Source: a virus (taxonomy: Duplodnaviria; Caudoviricetes). Taken from it: 64,000 nucleotides of DNA. The notes beneath the pieces are model-generated. The model did not search any database. It was given only the letters and a program-made list of their open reading frames with translations, and had not been told where the DNA came from. Position numbers and translations under genes: made by a program. Numbering within the stretch: position 1 is the stretch's first letter; every line of letters begins with the position of its first letter. The stretch covers positions 1-64,000 of the IMG/VR virus record IMGVR_UViG_3300021958_000041; one strand, given 5' to 3'. Positions 35,801 through 45,188 of the stretch are shown here, piece after piece.

Positions 35801-37918
35801 CAGGTTGAACTTAATGAAGCATTAAGGGCTGAAGAAATAGCGAGAAAGGCAAACGATGCAGCCGCTGCAGGCGAATCAACAGACAATTTTGATTCTCAAC
35901 TAGAAAATATGGGTAAACAAAAAGAGTTGCGTGAACGTGCAAGGGCAAGACGTGACTTGAACTCAAATTTTGCGGAAGAGTCTAGAGTTGGGACTGATAT
36001 TCTTGGAAATAGATTGCAATCAGATAAAGGCGACCAAAGGAATATAAATGCTTTAGCTGAATTTTCTGGAGGTTTCCTAGGTGAAAATTTCTCCATAAGC
36101 TCAGGAGGATTTGACCAAAATATAGATAAAATATCAGAAGCCTTTAAGAAAATTTCAATGGAATATACTAACCGACTTAATGAAAAGTTGGGTAATATTG
36201 ATGCCGAAATAACAGGCTTGGAGCAAAAAAGACTTGAACTGCAAGACCAAAAAATAAACACCCAAGACCCAGAAACCATAGAAGGGCTTGAAGCTACAAT
36301 ATCTGGTTTATCACGTGATATAGAAAATGCATTAGAAAGAAGAAAAGGTGTATCTGGTATAAAAGTAGGTGGTAATGCGGATGGTGAGAGCGAAAGAAGT
36401 ACTGTTCGGTTATTTGCAGCATTTCAACAAATGTTTCAAGGCACTGGAATAATGAATACTGAAATCCAAGGAGAGAATAAAATAGGAGGTAGAAGAACAT
36501 TAAAGGATATTACTCCTGAGGATATAGCAAATTCTACTGACGCGCAAAGAGTACAGCTTGAAATTCAATTAATGGAAGCAGGCAAGGCAATATTTAGAAA
36601 AAGAAGAGAAGATTTAGAAGCAGATAAAAATGCTGAAGAGTTTCAGGAAACAGCAGAAAAAGCAACTGTTTCCAAAAATGCTGAACAAATTGTAAAAGAA
36701 ATTGCATATCAAGTAGAACTTCAAAAAACAAATGAGCTAGAAGCTCAAAAATTAGAAATCCAAAAACAGCAAGTAGCTTTAAATCAATTAAACGAAGAGA
36801 AAGCAGACCTTATATCTGTACAACCATTTTTAACTACTGATGAGGAGAAGACTGAGAACAAAGCAAGGATAGCAGATGTAGATGCGCGAGCAGGGGTAAT
36901 AAAAGGTGACATTTCCGAAATGCAAGCAAACAAAAGTGCTAGAGACGCATCTAGGGATAATAGCCTAAAGGAAATGGCGGAAAGAATTACTGACGCCATA
37001 TTAGCAATTAGAGGAAAAAATATTACTGAGCAAGATAAGCAAACACAAATAAATGCAGTTATTGCACAGGAAAAAGAGACAATGCAAAACAATGCATTGG
37101 AAGCTGGTGGTCGAGCAGAGGAAGCAAAGGAATCAGAAAATGCAGTTGCTGAAGCAAAAGCTGGTCAAAAAGGTGATAAAATGCGAAGCGACTTTGAAAA
37201 GAAGGAGAGAGACGCGCGCGCACAAGAAGCCGTAAAATTGGCAAAAGATGCCGAAAAGGATAAAACCACAGGTAAGGCAGGTGTCTCTAGTTTGGCAGCT
37301 ATTGGCGGAGGCGGTGGAGTTGGAGGAGGAAGCGTGCAAGACCAGCAATTAGCTGTTCAACAAAAAACAAGAGATGTTTTAGTTAGCATGCTTAAAGTCT
37401 TAGAAACACCTGAGGGATTTGAAGGAAAAAAAGATGCTTTAGCTCAAATGGAAAAAAAGCTTACGAAGGACGAAAAGCAGGCAATGAATGCTGAGTTCAC
37501 TAAGTTAGTTCAAGCCGCAAGAGCAACAAAAGACCCGCAGAAAAAAGCCGAACTCAGGCAACAAGCTCAAGGCGTATTAGATGGTTTTGGAAAAATAGCT
37601 GAAAAAAGAAATTTTGCACCAGAAGGACAGGAAGCAGGAGGTGCTGGCGGAGCGATGGCTGGTGCAGTAGGAGTTAGAGCAAATATGTTCGGAGGTGACC
37701 CTATGGCAAAGCAAGCCATAATTGCAGCTAGAGGAAAGATTGGATTTAATCAAGGTGGAGCAATTGGAGTTGCGCCTGCTATATTAGCTCAAGCACAGCA
37801 ACAAGGTGTAAAAACTAAAACAATGGAAAAAATGCTTGATATTATAGCCACAAACACAAGCTCATTAAAAAATGCAGGAGGTGTAGTAGTAGTACCCGCA
37901 GGCGGAGGCGTAGCTTAA
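32891..37918 (+). CDS. Tape measure protein (TP901-type core)
   Basis: FEKAMGEV.AIT...LGATTMFTASQAAEGLKFLAMAGF...LNLAQAG.MDLGTAADI, then long helical coiled segments. 1675 aa. Confidence 0.92.
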   Translation: MASTKHVVQFKGEDANLRSVFRKISNDLRGIRRDSGTSLDPWNRKSLIAAQNARRVSRQLQAMRNRAISLRSTFSRLVTAMAGVGTTIVLMRTAAHTVVRFEKAMGEVLAITRATTSQFAIMRAEAQKLGATTMFTASQAAEGLKFLAMAGFSAGQATKSLRATLNLAQAGAMDLGTAADIASNILTAFRINAEGLNDVVDDLATVASRSNTSVVQLGDAMKYVSASASSYGISLQETSAAIGVLSDAGMQASMAGTGLRQVFIRIAGQSAAMRQGMAALGITFAEINPEVNSLQQILERFAQTSVTATQVSAMFGARAANAFNILMQGREKVRSLTNEMANNSGRAQEMADVMGNTLYGQLKKVQSAYEDFFQTLFQTGEVSNTIREALELVSGVLNQVSGKLAIFEDDSVTGWGEQVSETYQKVQTFIESATRLAETLAKVAIAFISIKLISFSAGIIGMLKPIGAFSLQILTAVGQLGVFSARAATAGLSSKKLSGSIAVTTATIKKNVSAVATSRMSLLKLRISKTQLRIANTLLGGSFTKLRSSIQRGNMSLGTNRIQTTLASLGMKSFSIATRGAAIAVTGLRTAIQALKYIIGSILGPLVVLMVIIDMIVLAWDFFGSSAEDGAMAAQRAVQQLTDEVEALKRNLDKAEFAIDIEKNERGKYTEKSDDGVKRFQGVEIKAIKDVSNLMEYHALLGLVDEELHKAARTAENLEDAISLANSQGDDGAVSALQAQKVEINEVISKLEEKKSTLEGMEGYVKQQVAAVKLKSAVDALAEATRKYNSIAEGEETINNYLRQKNIVDQLRLSIADLNDEERKRETREADQEVAKAKSDLRKTLDDPDADDKTKQRARNALNRAEGKRRLLNFSDNVTGVDRGDRETRARAELSSDQLGLLAGKSEELQELRMKIALDKPEDAIDVLERVKKLREELSEAGITTITKEDTDTSEGMLKAIKTTQNLLDLQVELNEALRAEEIARKANDAAAAGESTDNFDSQLENMGKQKELRERARARRDLNSNFAEESRVGTDILGNRLQSDKGDQRNINALAEFSGGFLGENFSISSGGFDQNIDKISEAFKKISMEYTNRLNEKLGNIDAEITGLEQKRLELQDQKINTQDPETIEGLEATISGLSRDIENALERRKGVSGIKVGGNADGESERSTVRLFAAFQQMFQGTGIMNTEIQGENKIGGRRTLKDITPEDIANSTDAQRVQLEIQLMEAGKAIFRKRREDLEADKNAEEFQETAEKATVSKNAEQIVKEIAYQVELQKTNELEAQKLEIQKQQVALNQLNEEKADLISVQPFLTTDEEKTENKARIADVDARAGVIKGDISEMQANKSARDASRDNSLKEMAERITDAILAIRGKNITEQDKQTQINAVIAQEKETMQNNALEAGGRAEEAKESENAVAEAKAGQKGDKMRSDFEKKERDARAQEAVKLAKDAEKDKTTGKAGVSSLAAIGGGGGVGGGSVQDQQLAVQQKTRDVLVSMLKVLETPEGFEGKKDALAQMEKKLTKDEKQAMNAEFTKLVQAARATKDPQKKAELRQQAQGVLDGFGKIAEKRNFAPEGQEAGGAGGAMAGAVGVRANMFGGDPMAKQAIIAARGKIGFNQGGAIGVAPAILAQAQQQGVKTKTMEKMLDIIATNTSSLKNAGGVVVVPAGGGVA

Positions 37919-37919
37919 T

Positions 37920-38651
37920 ATGACATCAGTAATAAAACATATAGGTGAAACTAATTTTGAAACTGTAGGAAGCACTACAAAGTTAAACAATACTGGTGTC
38001 ATTTATGCTCAGTATAAATATTTATTATCAGGAGAATCTTATAGTATTAATGAAGCTCAAGATTGGGCAACTGGTCATTTTGGTGGAGATGACGATAATC
38101 ATTCTCACCTAAAATGCGTAAATGCTTCTTGTAATACTAACGGCCCCTTCCATGAAGTTACGCTTGTTTACCAAGGAATACCAAGAAATGCTAAAAATAA
38201 AATAGCAAAAGTAAGCGCATCCACAACAACCGAGCCAATTGATACGCATCCAGAATTTGAAAAATTTGCAGGAGATAAAGATGAACCTAAAAACGAAGCA
38301 ATATTTAATGATGATGGGACATTTAAAGCATTTAAGGTTCATCCTTCTTGCCCTAGACCAAGAAATAATAATAAAGCTGGAATTAAGTCTTATTTAGCTC
38401 CAAGTATGACATATGAACTAGTTGCAGAATTAGGCTCCCCAAGTAATAACACTGAGGAAATAGGCACAATATCAATTTCCCCAGACCCACACGCGCCAGC
38501 AGGTCTTAATAGTTTAAGACCTCCCAAAATAGGCAAAAGAAATTGGCTTGTTATTGGTGTTGATGAGCAACCATTCGGAAATGGTGTAAGAGAGACAACA
38601 AAATGGAGACTCAGTGGTAGGCGAGAGTGGAATAAGGATATTTACGATTAA
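37920..38651 (+). CDS. Distal tail (Dit)-position protein
   Basis: Immediately after the tape measure gene. The TEPIDTHPEF...WRLSG..W..DIY domain is shared with the next gene. Confidence 0.5.
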   Translation: MTSVIKHIGETNFETVGSTTKLNNTGVIYAQYKYLLSGESYSINEAQDWATGHFGGDDDNHSHLKCVNASCNTNGPFHEVTLVYQGIPRNAKNKIAKVSASTTTEPIDTHPEFEKFAGDKDEPKNEAIFNDDGTFKAFKVHPSCPRPRNNNKAGIKSYLAPSMTYELVAELGSPSNNTEEIGTISISPDPHAPAGLNSLRPPKIGKRNWLVIGVDEQPFGNGVRETTKWRLSGRREWNKDIYD

Positions 38652-40303
38652 TGAGTGAGGAAGAAGACTATGGAGGAGGTGGAGGAGGAACTACTACAAC
38701 AACTACTACCACTACATTACCTCCATTCAATCCAGAGGATGAGTTTCCTGCGGTAATTGAGCGAACATCTGATGTAAGTCAGCCATGTACGCAGTTAGCA
38801 GAAGATTATTCTGGCCCAGAAAAATGTCACTTAATTGGAATTAGCCATTTCCAGACAACTTTTACATCAAAAACACCAAATGGTGGAACATATAAATTAA
38901 ATGGTCGGTTAGCTTATAGAAATGCATCTTGGTCAACGAAGCAGATAAGTCACTTATGGATTTATTATGATAGCCTTAGTTGCTGTTGGAGACTAACACA
39001 TAAAGGCACTATAGACTCTCCAATAGCGGAGCAAAAACAAATACAACAGTATAGTGACAATGAAGGTAATTCACTTGGTTTTTATATACCGAATTTATTA
39101 ATAGATTACACAAGAAGGGGAGTATATCTTCAGGGAGAATATGTAAACCCAAATGCAGGCTCTAGTAGCCCAGTTGGAGATTGGTTATGTAGTGCTGGTG
39201 GTAGTATTAGCGAGCAAGAAGTAAATCCCGTATTAACATGCAACGCAGGGGAAGCTCCAGATAATACATATGAGCAGATTACTGGCAGTAAAGATTTTAC
39301 TAGCTTTAGTAGTGCGCAAGGTCAGTTTAAAATAGTAGGTGATGAGAACGGAGAATGCGTAATATCTTTTTTTGAGCCAACACACAATGAAGTTACATTT
39401 GCTAAACGCAGATATGTTAAAATAATAATAAACAAAGATAATTCAGTAATATTTGACGCAGACGGCCCTCAGAAAAAAATATTAAAAGTTGGTGATACAA
39501 TTAAATTCAATATGGTTAACGGCAAAGATTTCTTTCTAGTTAATTTTACATATATTGAAATTGGTAGTTTTATTGCTGGTATTAGTGTAGCTGGAGGTGC
39601 AGGAGGCATACAGATTCTTGGTCAGTTAAGTAATGACAGAACTATAGGAAGTAGTTTTTCGATGTCGGACAATAAAGTACAGCCCAAGGATAAATATATA
39701 GTAAATGCAGGCGAAGGTGTATCATTTGCTCAAGGATTCACTGGTGGCACGCACAGTCCATACGATTATTGCTTTTTTGACTCAGCGGAAGTAACAACTC
39801 TAGAAGGAGGCTTTGAAAGTGTTAGCATTAATTATAAAGGATTTTGGAATAATGAATATTCCACTATAACAATTCAATCATCTACAAACACAGACCCGAT
39901 TGACTCACATCCAGAATTTTGCGACTTTGGAGGAGATAAAGATGAACCCAAAAATGGAGCAATATTTAGAGATGATGAAACCTTTGATAAATTTGAGTTA
40001 TACGTAGGAGATTTACTAAATGAATTTGCTGGTGTTAAAAGTTATCTTAGCCCAAATTATGTAGTTACGGAAAAAATAGAATATGCATTTGCTACATTTG
40101 ACGATTTAAAATCAATCGGAAAAGTGCAATCACCGCGCGGCTCAAGTGGGGGAGCGCAAAAAGCACGTAATTTAGCAAGAGGACAAAGAGATTTCCTTGT
40201 CACATCAGTATCATGGCAAGCATATGGCCAAGGTTGTATAGTAACCAAAAATTATAGATTAAGCGGTAAAAACGGCTGGGACTCAGATATATATGAGAAA
40301 TGA
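38651..40303 (+). CDS. Tail-tip protein with a Gly6-Thr9 N-terminus and a C-terminal paralog of the preceding gene
   Basis: TDPIDSHPEF..FGGDKDEPKNGAIF...AGVKSYLSP...YRLSG..GW..DIY. Confidence 0.55.
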   Translation: MSEEEDYGGGGGGTTTTTTTTTLPPFNPEDEFPAVIERTSDVSQPCTQLAEDYSGPEKCHLIGISHFQTTFTSKTPNGGTYKLNGRLAYRNASWSTKQISHLWIYYDSLSCCWRLTHKGTIDSPIAEQKQIQQYSDNEGNSLGFYIPNLLIDYTRRGVYLQGEYVNPNAGSSSPVGDWLCSAGGSISEQEVNPVLTCNAGEAPDNTYEQITGSKDFTSFSSAQGQFKIVGDENGECVISFFEPTHNEVTFAKRRYVKIIINKDNSVIFDADGPQKKILKVGDTIKFNMVNGKDFFLVNFTYIEIGSFIAGISVAGGAGGIQILGQLSNDRTIGSSFSMSDNKVQPKDKYIVNAGEGVSFAQGFTGGTHSPYDYCFFDSAEVTTLEGGFESVSINYKGFWNNEYSTITIQSSTNTDPIDSHPEFCDFGGDKDEPKNGAIFRDDETFDKFELYVGDLLNEFAGVKSYLSPNYVVTEKIEYAFATFDDLKSIGKVQSPRGSSGGAQKARNLARGQRDFLVTSVSWQAYGQGCIVTKNYRLSGKNGWDSDIYEK

Positions 40304-40899
40304 AATCGAAAGGTCCTAAATTTAATATTCCAGCTTTTCCTGAAATTGGTGAAGCTATAAATTCTGTAGTTGATTGGGTTGAGTCTCTTCCGACAGTTCC
40401 TGAATTTGTCGCAGGTCCTAATGTTTTAGTTTCATCCGATGAAAACACAGTAACAATTGAGGCAGCGGCAGTTCCTGAATCCACAGAAGGAATAGGAGAA
40501 TGTACATTTAAATTTGGAACTAAAGATTGTACGGATGATGATGAACCCTTATGTACATTATACGCAAAAGGTGGTTCAGTAAATGGATTATTCCCAACAA
40601 ATTTTGATAACATAGGTAAAATTAAAGCCGATGATGAAAAATTTCTTTACCTAGATATAACAACTGGAAATACAGGTATTCTAACAATGGAATATACGTT
40701 AGCAGACAGCGTTAAGCCATTAACAGCACAATACGCAGAAGGAGCGCCCCCAACCACAGTGGAAATTTTTATAGGTCGCTTAATTGCAAAAGAAATTAAT
40801 TCCAATTACTGCGATGGTATATCAATGAGACCAGAAATTGCATACGTTGAAAGTAGTTCTGCCGATTCAAGAACCTTTTATTATTGGAGCATACAGTAG
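40300..40899 (+). CDS. Putative minor tail protein
   Basis: ATGA overlap, beta-rich, within the tail-tip block. Confidence 0.5.
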   Translation: MKSKGPKFNIPAFPEIGEAINSVVDWVESLPTVPEFVAGPNVLVSSDENTVTIEAAAVPESTEGIGECTFKFGTKDCTDDDEPLCTLYAKGGSVNGLFPTNFDNIGKIKADDEKFLYLDITTGNTGILTMEYTLADSVKPLTAQYAEGAPPTTVEIFIGRLIAKEINSNYCDGISMRPEIAYVESSSADSRTFYYWSIQ

Positions 40900-43800
40900 T
40901 GGGTGTAAAATTATCATGCGTTGGTGAAAGAAACCAGACTTACACCGTCACAGCAAGTGAAACCTATTCATTCTCCTCGCATTTCGCTGAGACAAGAAAC
41001 ATAGACGATTGTGTTGCACAGGTGGCTAATAACTTTCTCGGCAATCCATATACATTTTGTTCATGTACAGACAAGCAAACTACTGATAATGCTGCGACCT
41101 ATAAGAGTTTCCTCACTGTGAAAGCAACTAGTACTCTTGGTGGACATCCTGACGAACATGCCGTAAGTGTTGAGAGTGAAGATAAGTATTCCGATGGATT
41201 TGGAGACCGATTTCATTCTCCGAGAAATACTGCAAACGGTTGTAAAACGTTTAAATACGAGTTAGAAGGTGGTGGTGCAGGTTCAACCACAGAATTATGG
41301 AACATAAAAGGTCATCATAGTACAGACAAGTGGTCTGACTCATGGCATACTGTTAGTGAAGATAGTAATGGATACACGAAAGGGAAGGAAGTAAATAATT
41401 ATCCTCCTTATATTACTTATTATCCTGCCCACGAAGATAATTTCGTTCCTTGGTTTTCTAAAAGAATTACATCAAAAGCGGAAACTTTCACAGTTCCAGA
41501 AATTATATATAGCACAGATTTATCAGGAAAAGTTTCAGACTTAAGTACATTTTTAAATACATCAACAAGGCCATTCACTACATTTAATCGAATATTAACG
41601 CATGAAGAAATGTATACGAGCGTTAGTAATCATTATACAGAAATCAGTGATGATGCCCCTCGCATCTATTACAATGATACCCGAACTTTCAAGACAGCTA
41701 GATTCCCCTTCGAAAATATCCTGACCACAATAATATGTGATGATAAAGATTTTGTCATATTTAATACAGCCGCGGCTTCTTATGCAGGAAATCACTCTTT
41801 CACTAAAGCTAAAACAGTTGTAATAAATGAAATACCGCCAAGTCAGAATTGGCTTGGTAGGGCTTACCATGTACCAAATAAATCTAAAACTCTATCTTGG
41901 TCAACTTTTGGTAAAGATTACAGGTTGCCGTATAATTTTGGCGAAACTGAATACCCATTATTTAAAAAGAAAACTTTAAATGTTAAAAATTGGGATGTTG
42001 GGAAATGGAGTGGTGCAAATTTTAAGCGCTATCAAATAATTGAACCTGTTAATCAAAAAGCCAATCTCAGTTATCTTTATCAGGAATCACAAGAAATAGT
42101 AGAAGCTCCTTATACATTTTCTTCCGATTGGCATGCTAGATTTAGTTTGTATAAAACTAAACAAGTTACAGTTAATTGGTTAATCCCATCCCCAGCCAAA
42201 ATAAATATAGGAAATTCATATGGAGCTATACAATATCCACAAGTCGAAAACCATCTTTCCTACACAAAACTTAACATAGAAGGCTGGACACCCCTTGGTG
42301 GAGGATTCAGAAATCAATCTGCGACCTATCCAGTAAATGCTGGATACACGGCATTTGAGGTAGGAAGTAAAACTACATACACAGAACTTGGAGACAAATC
42401 CAGGCGCAGCTCATTTAAGCATGGTGTTAGCGCTTCACCATCTAGGGATTGGGCGTATTATCAACCAAACGAAGTTACTGTTCTAGGTGACATTTACTTA
42501 CAAGCTACTAATATAGGTAAAGTCTTGCCTAGGAAATTTGGAAGTAATTTCATTCAAGGTTCCAATAGGGGTACAAATGCGGATTATTTTAAGGCAGTGC
42601 AAGGAGAGCGATGGCCCGTACATAATATATTTGGTGACACTAGGGTAGATAATAACATAGGAGCGCAAGCCTATAGGGACAATCAGGCTTTAGCTATTGG
42701 AGACATTGATGTTAGTGTCCGAAATTACAAATTTGTGACAACACGCACCAAATATCTCACAATTGCTGGCAGGAGAAAAAGGACTACAGAAACCCATCAT
42801 TTACAAAGTTTTGGTTTACCAGTAGCTAATTTCACTAACCCCGAAACTGCTAAGGAATTTTGGAGTTTTTCATATACCGATATTGTCAAGACATCCGACC
42901 CTGAGGACTCCAATAAAACTAGTTATGTAAGTAGTCATAATAGAATAATTGAACATAATTTAGGACTTGATTACAATAGACCCCCAAATGCATCAACTTA
43001 TGCAATAACTGATTATGACGACTCAAATTGGAAAGAAGCCAAAAAACCTAAAGCTATAGAAGTATTAGATAGCTCTTGGTATGGCCCGTTAACACAAAAT
43101 GGTGCATACCATTCTGGAAGCGGTGTAAATTCCCACGGCCATGAATCATTTAATATAGCTGATTATAGACATATTGGTAATATAAATAATTACGATTGGA
43201 GGTATCATTCAACAAATTCTTCATCATGGCTAGAAGTTGATGATGTAGACAGAGGTGCGTATCATGGTCTAAAAGTTGCAGATTATCACTATAAAGGTAT
43301 TCTTGATGCCCCCCGTGAATACCTCAAATCCCTTAAATTACAGAGAGTCGATTGGTGGGGAGGCGGAATTATTAATTATCATGCACCACCAGACCACGGA
43401 AATTCTTTCTACTACAATAAATGGCATGATGATTATAATTATAGATTTAACGCAAAAGATGCTCTTCTAGTAGCACCTATTGGAGTTGGTGGAATTGGTT
43501 ACGATGGAAGCCCTTTTTCTGGATATATAGGTAATTATTATAAAAGTGACTTAGATATTACATCTTATGTAGAAAACTCCAATGGTTCATTTGATTCCTC
43601 AAAAACAAAACTCTCCTTAGGCTTACATACGTATATTGGTACAGCCCAAACTTTTTTCGCAGCAAATCCATTTAGTTCTATAAATGAACCACTAGGCAGT
43701 ACAAAATTAGGAGCTGGTACACCTTTTTCTGTAATTTATAACCCTTTCCAGAAAAAAAGAAATACCTTTACAGATTCTAATATATTATCTAATAATCCTG

Positions 43801-44006
43801 AGTATTTTATAGAAGGAATGAGATTTCAAGACGGAGTAATAACAAAAAGAGGAAAGCCAGCCCAAACAGAAACAAAGGAGAATGAAGACGGAGAAAGAGT
43901 CACCTTTGTAGTGTCGATGGCCGAGATGCCCCAAACGGGAAATATCAGCGCTTACTATGAATCTTTATTCAATGTAGTTTCAAAAGCCACATGGAATGGG
44001 CAATAA
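40899..44006 (+). CDS. Large putative tail-tip protein
   Basis: ~1035 aa, S/T/Y/N/G-rich. GTG start at 40899 overlapping the upstream TAG is preferred to TTG 40884. Confidence 0.55.
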   Translation: MGVKLSCVGERNQTYTVTASETYSFSSHFAETRNIDDCVAQVANNFLGNPYTFCSCTDKQTTDNAATYKSFLTVKATSTLGGHPDEHAVSVESEDKYSDGFGDRFHSPRNTANGCKTFKYELEGGGAGSTTELWNIKGHHSTDKWSDSWHTVSEDSNGYTKGKEVNNYPPYITYYPAHEDNFVPWFSKRITSKAETFTVPEIIYSTDLSGKVSDLSTFLNTSTRPFTTFNRILTHEEMYTSVSNHYTEISDDAPRIYYNDTRTFKTARFPFENILTTIICDDKDFVIFNTAAASYAGNHSFTKAKTVVINEIPPSQNWLGRAYHVPNKSKTLSWSTFGKDYRLPYNFGETEYPLFKKKTLNVKNWDVGKWSGANFKRYQIIEPVNQKANLSYLYQESQEIVEAPYTFSSDWHARFSLYKTKQVTVNWLIPSPAKINIGNSYGAIQYPQVENHLSYTKLNIEGWTPLGGGFRNQSATYPVNAGYTAFEVGSKTTYTELGDKSRRSSFKHGVSASPSRDWAYYQPNEVTVLGDIYLQATNIGKVLPRKFGSNFIQGSNRGTNADYFKAVQGERWPVHNIFGDTRVDNNIGAQAYRDNQALAIGDIDVSVRNYKFVTTRTKYLTIAGRRKRTTETHHLQSFGLPVANFTNPETAKEFWSFSYTDIVKTSDPEDSNKTSYVSSHNRIIEHNLGLDYNRPPNASTYAITDYDDSNWKEAKKPKAIEVLDSSWYGPLTQNGAYHSGSGVNSHGHESFNIADYRHIGNINNYDWRYHSTNSSSWLEVDDVDRGAYHGLKVADYHYKGILDAPREYLKSLKLQRVDWWGGGIINYHAPPDHGNSFYYNKWHDDYNYRFNAKDALLVAPIGVGGIGYDGSPFSGYIGNYYKSDLDITSYVENSNGSFDSSKTKLSLGLHTYIGTAQTFFAANPFSSINEPLGSTKLGAGTPFSVIYNPFQKKRNTFTDSNILSNNPEYFIEGMRFQDGVITKRGKPAQTETKENEDGERVTFVVSMAEMPQTGNISAYYESLFNVVSKATWNGQ

Positions 44007-45144
44007 ACACTATATAGCTACATATGCAACAGAGCGTTATACATACGCGCTCCCAAATTTCGGAAGAAGAATCGCAGCCTCTATCGTAGATTCAGGCATA
44101 AAGAAAGGTGTCTTCCTCTTTGTTTGCGATGAAGAAGAAAACACAAAAGATTGTGCGCGAAAATATATAGAAAGTGTATTACCAAAAGGATGGATTTTCA
44201 AGCTTATGCCGATTGCGGTAAATGATAAAGAAGTAAAAAATTACAAAGAAGATGCTCAATTATTAATAGCTCAACTTCAGTCATGTGCGTTTACTGAAGC
44301 AAGAAAGAATAACGCTAAATCTTTTTTTAGCGTAGAGTCAGATGTCCTAGTTCAGCCAAATTCATATAGAGTAGCTATGGACTGCATTAAATTTGATAAT
44401 GGATATTATGATATAGCAATGTGTTCTTATCCATCACAAGGAGGTGGACCGTTCTTAGGCGGAAGGGGGACAAAGCAATCTCAAATAGCAAATGACGTAT
44501 ATGAAGATGAAAAAGATATACCAAAAGAACTTTTAAAGAAGAAAAAAACCTTAGACGATAAAATAAACAAAATTGAAAAAAAATGGCAAACTGACAAAGA
44601 CCACATTGCGGCTCAAAAATCAAGAGATGAATTAAGGGAAGAAGAGGAAGAAATTCAAAAAAAAATCAAAGATTGTCCACCTAAAGGCAATGTGTATGAG
44701 TTAAATGCCAAAAGATGGCGCAAGAGAGGATGGATGGAACATGCATATCCAGCAATAGGGAAAGGTGCTATAGTTCCTACCGACTGGGTCGGGTTAGGAT
44801 GTACCTTGTTGTCTAGGAAAGCATTATCCTTATCTCACTTTGACGGATACATGGGCTTTGGTACGCAAGATTTATACCTAGGCTGGAATAGATGGAAGCA
44901 GGCAAATTTAAACATGTGCGTAACAACGCATAGTATATGTGACCATGTAATTAGAAAAAGGGGAGAAAATGGAGACCAGATTTGGGAAGATTTTGTTATT
45001 GTTAACAGCTTCCACGAGGAAGACGGAGAATACGAAGGACATCTTAGGCAAAATCATTCCAAAATGTACAATTTTACAGCAGGAGAAAAACCAAAAATCT
45101 TTCAAGATGAGAAACCTGAAAAAACCGAAGATGAAAAAGGTTAA
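43996..45144 (+). CDS. GT-A glycosyltransferase (GT2/Anp1-like) with a coiled-coil insertion
   Basis: FFSVESDVLV (ExD in the DxD position), DWVGLGCTLLSRKAL, QDLY, CDHV. Confidence 0.65.
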   Translation: MGNKHYIATYATERYTYALPNFGRRIAASIVDSGIKKGVFLFVCDEEENTKDCARKYIESVLPKGWIFKLMPIAVNDKEVKNYKEDAQLLIAQLQSCAFTEARKNNAKSFFSVESDVLVQPNSYRVAMDCIKFDNGYYDIAMCSYPSQGGGPFLGGRGTKQSQIANDVYEDEKDIPKELLKKKKTLDDKINKIEKKWQTDKDHIAAQKSRDELREEEEEIQKKIKDCPPKGNVYELNAKRWRKRGWMEHAYPAIGKGAIVPTDWVGLGCTLLSRKALSLSHFDGYMGFGTQDLYLGWNRWKQANLNMCVTTHSICDHVIRKRGENGDQIWEDFVIVNSFHEEDGEYEGHLRQNHSKMYNFTAGEKPKIFQDEKPEKTEDEKG

Positions 45145-45153
45145 ATATACAAA

Positions 45154-45180
45154 TTGACTATTGCGTCAATATGTTATGAT
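45154..45180 (+). promoter_or_regulatory. Promoter with extended -10
   Basis: TTGACT...TGTTATGAT. Also contains the palindrome TTGAC-TATTGC-GTCAA. Confidence 0.5.
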
Positions 45181-45188
45181 TTATATGT

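Noticed and set aside
38224-40303. DGR template/variable repeat pair
   Set aside because: Differences between the two copies involve all bases, not only adenines, both copies are coding, and no reverse transcriptase is visible
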